A DNA stretch of 64,000 nucleotides, from contig OX597820.1 in the NCBI GenBank assembly GCA_951406725.2, positions 80,042,001-80,106,000 on the forward strand, in the 5' to 3' direction. The notes under the pieces were generated by a model. That model had not been told where the DNA came from and did not search any database. It worked only from the letters and a program-made list of their open reading frames with translations. Source of the stretch: Octopus vulgaris (Eukaryota). Position numbers and translations under genes: made by a program. The stretch's first letter is position 1; every line of letters begins with the position of its first letter. Shown here piece after piece: positions 57,453-64,000 of the stretch.

Positions 57453-57513
57453 ATATTTCGGAATGGTCGTATTGCCAGTTTAGCCAATAAATCTTGCACA
57501 ACAAATATTTAAA

Positions 57514-57628
<115 letters not shown>

Positions 57629-57864
57629 CATAAAAGGAACACAGAAAAATATAAGTGGCATTAATGCTTTATATAATATACGTATGTTTCATAAAACTAG
57701 CAAAACGTCAATTACATCAGCATAAAACTCAGTTGCCTGAACAAATGCTGCCCGCACCATTCATTGCAGTTGTGTGTGGAGTGGACCCTCCATACCCATA
57801 CCATTTGGTAATGTGCACCACACCTTTCAACGCATCATTTTGATGTTATCGATTCACTGTTACT

Positions 57865-58255
57865 TTTATCTCTTACACGTTTCAGTCATCAGACTGCGGC
57901 CATGCTGGGGCATCGCTTTGAATAATTTTTACGTCGAACGAATCGACCCCCGCCAGTTATTCTTCTTTTAAGCCTGGTACTTCGTCTTTCGGTCTCTTTT
58001 TGCAGAACCATTAAGTTACGGGACGTAAACACACCAACACCTGTTGTCAAGCGGTGGTAGTGGACAAACAGAAACAAAGACACTCGCGCACACACATATG
58101 CATACACACATGCAAGCACACTCACAGATATATATATACACGACGGGCTTCTTTCAGTTTTCGTCTAACAAATTTACTCATAAGGTTTTGGTCAGTGGGA
58201 TATACTTGCCCAAGGTGCCATGCTGTGGGACTGAACCTGAAACCATGTGCCTAGC
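57865..58255 (-). mobile_element. SINE family A copy
   Basis: Collinear with 1-324. Confidence 0.8.
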
Positions 58256-58776
58256 TACTTTTTACAGTCTTCGCATCTTCCTTTTTATGATACTTCGTCC
58301 CCAAACAAGTACTTTCATTGCATACCATTGGATACCACTGCATACCAATTGTTGTTATCGATAAACCTGAACTGCTTACATCTTCTAGAACAAGCCAACG
58401 AGGTAACCTCTAAGTGCTCCCTTTCACTTTCTAAAAATAGCAGCTAAATTTCTCTAAAATGATACCCCCAATGTCTTTAAAAGGACACATTACATTAAGT
58501 AGCCTTAGATAACACTAAGGCACTGGATGGCCTCGAAGGAAAGAGATTTAGTCATAGGTATTTCCTCTCCATCTTCACCAAAGTCTTAACAAGAAAGAAA
58601 TGCATTTTAGGGTCTGTATTTTTATATTCTTATATTTTAGTGTTTGTATTCTAGTATCTGTATTTTTATATTTCGGGATGGTAATGTTTTCGCAAATAAC
58701 TGCATGAACTATATACTAGTTGTTCACACCATTCTCTAATGGACTAAAATGAACGTAAAGAGACACTTGGGATGGA

Positions 58777-58822
58777 GAGTCGCTGAAGAGGTCACAGGAG
58801 GTATGACGAAAGATTTCAGATG
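58777..58822 (+). ncRNA. Hammerhead-like motif related to family P1
   Basis: CTGAAGA-G-GTCAC..ATGAC-GAAA-GATTTC; stem I is poor. Confidence 0.45.
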
Positions 58823-58920
58823 AAAAAACACTAAAATAAGAATAATAATAAAACTGAAGTAAAGAATAAATATATATTGCGTGTTGTTAAATAATAAAAA
58901 AACAAAACAAAACAAAAATG

Positions 58921-59081
58921 ACCGTCACTTAGCGGTTCGGCAAAAGAGACCGATAGAATAAGTACTGGGCTTACAAAGAATAGGTCCCAGGGTCGATTTG
59001 CTCGACTAAAGGCGGTGCTCCAGCATGGCCGCAGTCAAATGACTGAAACAAGTAAAAGAGTAATAAAAGAGAGTAAAGAGT
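58921..59081 (+). mobile_element. SINE family A 3' fragment
   Basis: Near-identical to 12960-13090. Confidence 0.85.
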
Positions 59082-59789
59082 ATCCTGAAGTATGACAAAA
59101 TCTATTTCAACACACGATTTCACATCAGGAATCTGTAAAACAAATCCATAAACGTAATCATTTTATTGTCGCTATGGATATTTGCGATACATCCTTTTAG
59201 TGATATATTGTAATTTACCATTAGACGTAATATTTCCTTGTATGGACCAATTCTACGATATCGTTTGATATTACTTGAACTTACGTAATTCAATCTATCT
59301 TTTCAAAAGCTTGTTGACATTATTAATTCTCTTAACTCCAAGAATGTATCTCTTCATTTTGTATTAATCATATTCTTTCAGCCAAGCTTATTGCGGTGAG
59401 CTGGCTGAACCATTAGCACGGCGGGCAAAATGCATTACGGCATCTCGTCCGTCGTTATGTTCTAAGTTCAAATTCCGACAGGGCTCACTTTGCCTTTCAT
59501 CCTTCCAAAGTCAATAAAATAGTACCCATTTTGCACTTATCTCCTCCCCCGAAATTGCAGGCCTTGTGCTAATATTTGAAGCCAATCTTTCAGTTGAGTA
59601 CTGCGAGTCGATTCACTTTAGTTTTAGAATTGTATTGTCACCCTGCATACTTCAGTAAGCTGCGCCTTTTTACTTTATCTCTTTAGACCAAGGTAGACGG
59701 TGCCATTCAAAGTTCATAGATACAATCGCATGATCAAAATACGAGACAAACGTCATATAAACAGGTTCGGTCGGAAATTCAGTTTTAAT

Positions 59790-60165
59790 TTTTACCTCCG
59801 CTTTCGCCAAGGCGGAGCTATTGTTTTCGGTCGCGTTTGTTTGTATGTTTGGCCGTGGACAAGATATCACAAGAACCCTTGGATAGATTCGGATAAAACT
59901 TTCAGGGATGTTTGGCCTCGTGACTGGCAGGAACTGATTAGATTTTGTGATAGATCCGGTACCGGACAAAGACTGGATTATTTTTCCTGTTTTTTTTTAC
60001 TTCATTTTTGAGAGTGGTCGGGTTCATTTCTAGTATTCTCGTTTGTGAGAACAGTCGAGTTTATTTCAGATATTCTCATTCAAAAAAATCATCTTTGGCG
60101 GCTAATCGTTGAGACGACGTTGGTGTTAACCTGGCGGAGGTTTGCAATTTTTGAGTGCTCTTGTT
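59790..60165 (+). mobile_element. Helentron-associated non-autonomous element (HINE/DINE-like)
   Basis: Subterminal inverted ACCTCCGC / GCGGAGGT, 5' hairpin, GTTT repeats, T-rich flanks. Confidence 0.6.
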
Positions 60166-60931
60166 TTATATATTTTACTTATTTCAGTCATTTAACCACG
60201 GCCATGCTGGGGCACGGGCACTACTTGGAAGAGTTTTAGTCGAACAAATCGCCCCCGTACTTATGTTGCTTTTTTAAGTCTTCTATCGGTCTGTTTGCTG
60301 AACCGCTGTGTTAAGGGAACATAAACAAACCAATGCTGGTTGTCAGGTAGTGGGGAGACACACAGACAGACACACACCCACACATACACACGCATACACA
60401 CACACACAGACACACACACATAGACACACACACATACACACACACACAGTGGAACCAAACTAGAAGCCACACGGTTACAAAGCAAGATTCTTAACCATCT
60501 ACCCGTGAATGATTTTATATTGATAACGATAATGTCTCAGGCCTTGTAAATCCGACTCTTAGATCTGAATTCAGAGTCATTAAAAGAATGAATGGCAAAT
60601 ATTCTCCGCTCACATCTAAGATCGGTTATGTCACTTTATTAAAAAGGCAACATCTAAAGTCATGTTACAAATTACCGACGACTAATTAAACTGACGGACG
60701 TAGAATAATGTGTATCAAAGAGTGATGTGACAAAGGACCACGCCGCCGCCGCCGCCGCCAGCAGCCACCCCCACCTCCACCATTATCATAGGAAAAGCTA
60801 TAACTGCAACTACTGGCCAATTGATTGTTCTCTTCTAAATAGGATATCAAATGCGATGGAAAGAGTAACAAACCAATATATGATCACTAAATTTTATCGT
60901 ACCAAGTCCTTCTTTCTTCTCTCCCTCCCTC

Positions 60932-60988
<57 letters not shown>

Positions 60989-61739
60989 TCTATTTAATTT
61001 GATATTTCCGGATAGCTGGTTCCATCGAAGTTGTTAATGTCGAAGTTCTTTCAAAACACCATTATAGCAACTCCGTTAGGAAAAGAATGACATTTTGTTC
61101 TTTGCTCCGGATAAAGAGTCTCTCCCCCCCTGTCTCTTTCACACTCACAGACACACCTACTTACACTTCATTCCACATTCGTCCTCAACCCACAACATCT
61201 ACGCATGCCTAATCTCCGCACACATGAGAAACTTTGAAAGAGAAGGAGATTAGTGTCCAACATGTAGCGGACACGTGGAATACTGATAATCCTATTCAAT
61301 GTTATTACATGAGCAATTCGGCTAAAACCTTCTACACGGCTATCATTATTGGATTTCACAATTTCTGATAAGCTTTCAAGACGATTACACAATTTTAGCA
61401 GAGCCAAGTTTATATCGAACACGACGGGTTTTGTCTAGAGACCAACAAAACACGCTTGATCTGATCAGCCTCCGATTCCTTCTGCAGGATAATAATACAT
61501 GCACTTTCTAAACAGCAACCGATTTATAACCGTTAGATGTATGTATGTATTCATATATCTGTGCAGCATGCACACGCATACATATATTCATACATACATA
61601 CATACATACATACATACATACATACATACATACATACATACATACATACGTAAAAACATTCATACATACATATATACATGCATACATGCATTCATGCACG
61701 CATACATATATACATACATAATGCATGCATACAAACATA

Positions 61740-62105
61740 CTCCCCAACCACATTGTTCTGGGTTCAGTCCCACTGCAGGGCACCTTGGGCAAGTGTCTTC
61801 TAATATAACCTCGGGTCAACCAAAGCCTTGTGAGCGAATTTGGTATGCGGAAATCGAAAGAAGCCTGTTGTACGTGTGTGTGTGTGTGTGTGTGTGTTTG
61901 TGTGTGTGTGTTACTTTATGTCTGTGTTCGTTTCCCTGCACGCTCGATAACTGGTATTGAAGTGTCTACGTACCCATAAATAGCGGTTCGGAAAAAGAGA
62001 CCGATAAAATAAGTACTGGGGTCGATTCATTCGACTAAAATTCTTCAAGGTGATGCCCCAGCATGACCGCAGTCTAATGACTGAAACAGAGTGAAAGATA
62101 AAAGA
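61740..62105 (+). mobile_element. SINE family A copy
   Basis: Collinear with 17852-18238. Confidence 0.8.
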
Positions 62106-63561
62106 TAATATGTGTATGTGTGTGTGTGCGCGTGTGTGTGTGTGCGCGTGTGTGTGTGCGCGCGTGTGTGTGTAGATTCTTTACAGATAACGAATATGAT
62201 ACACATGGAATGATAATAAGTTAGTTGTTACAAGGAATACCATTTCAAAACGAACTTTCGGTTGGCCGCGGTTGTTTGGCAAAAATTCGCTCTCCAACGC
62301 CAACTCTATAATCCTTCAATTTTGTATAAATATTCAACCTCAGAAAACTGACACCTTTTTTTATGACTCCAAATCCATAACGTTGTGTAGAAATATTCTA
62401 AAAATGGTTTCCTTTTCAGATTTGAAAATACTTCAGCTTTGAATAGTCACTGAGCTTCCACGAAGTACAAATGTATTTCTAACAAAACTAAAGCTAACAC
62501 ATTTAGGACGTTACCTTTTCAGAAACGTAAATATAGTTCTTTGTATCAATTTTACCATTAAACATTGTACTGAATGTAATAATCTATAACTAAAAGGTAA
62601 TTGTTATTGAAAATAAAGGAACCTAAATAGACTAGAAATATCTTGCTATTAAATATATTGGAAGACATTTTACAGGCTCCAGGATAAAATTAAAAAAAAA
62701 ATATATTCTACATTATCACGAGCATTTAAGAAAAGTACAATACATCACGTTTTATGTATTGCACGAAAAGGAAATAGTAAGAAAGCTAAAAATAAAATTC
62801 GATAAAGAAGTAAAATTATTTCAAACAGTGAAAACAATTCACCCATTAACCATTAACTTACTGAACAAACCAAATATTGATTTTTGTAAATTTAAGCAAA
62901 CGGGAAAGTGTCTTTTTCAACAGGAAATCTGTCCTAATTATAGGTCTACTTGAGAAATTATAGTTCTTTAAATTACAGAAAATATAAAGTGCAAGAAAAT
63001 AATGTTTGTTTCTTTTATCTAATCACCTTACATTTTGCTTTCGGCTCAAAGATTAGAAAGAAGAGGAGAGGCGGAGGGGGGGGGGGGAGAGAGAAGAAGG
63101 AAATCAGTAGAAAAGGCAGGCAACTGCGGAAATAGGAAAGAAAATGCTGAGTGGTGATACGAGACAGGTTAATGATGCCATATTAATTGCCCAATCAGCT
63201 AATTAACTTCCAGCCAGAACAATACACACTCTAGATTGTTCAGGGGTCAGGTCGTATGCATAAGTTCTTTTTTCGCTGAGGAGGTAGAATAAGGCCCAAA
63301 CATGTCTGGAAATGTTGCAAAATTTACCAAATACGAGACGCACAACTCTCTACCTTCACAACTGTAGGTTAGTTCCCCACCTATCCCCCGTGAAAGTGGT
63401 TTTTGTTAACGCAAATGAATATTTTTCTCGTAACTGCTATATTTTTGATTGATTTCAAATTACTTTAGATTGCTACGTGAAATATTGCGAAATCTACTCA
63501 ACTCTATGTTTTTCATACACTCCATTGGGAAATTATCCAATGACAGGATTAGATTACAATC

Positions 63562-63626
<65 letters not shown>

Positions 63627-63651
63627 TACATACATATATATATATGTATAC

Positions 63652-63705
<54 letters not shown>

Positions 63706-63932
63706 TTTTTACTCACTGAGATGCTAAGTTTCTAGAGTTTTACCCTTCTAAAGGATTCTCTTCATTACTGGGTTCCTTTACAATTTCCCTGACCTCTGCT
63801 GGAGAATAGATGCACCTTTCTAAACATCTAACTATGTATTCATATGTGTGCATGTCTGCGTGTGTCTCTGTGTCTGTGCTTATATATATGTCTTCATCAT
63901 ATGCATATGTAATATACTGATATATAAACATA

Positions 63933-64000
<68 letters not shown>

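Overview
AT-rich, extremely microsatellite-dense eukaryotic DNA. The repeat families and simple-repeat load look like an octopus/coleoid cephalopod genome (inference). Most ORFs in the track are translations of simple repeats. Recognisable content: many tRNA-derived SINEs of at least three families; 5'-truncated R4/Dong-like restriction-like-endonuclease LINEs in (AAT)n; a decayed mariner; non-autonomous Helitron/Helentron elements; Penelope-like element (PLE) fragments; and a 5.2-kb tandem duplication whose breakpoint is exactly a Helitron 5' end. The main points of interest are: (i) at least five families of short elements carrying type I hammerhead-ribozyme folds with core variants and covariation, one fused to a tRNA-like Pol III head; (ii) several long fold-back palindromes, mostly next to (TA)n; (iii) an unrecognised 180-codon ORF with five PYA motifs, whose upstream element recurs twice without the ORF. 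All structures were read by eye; no alignment, folding or database search was run.
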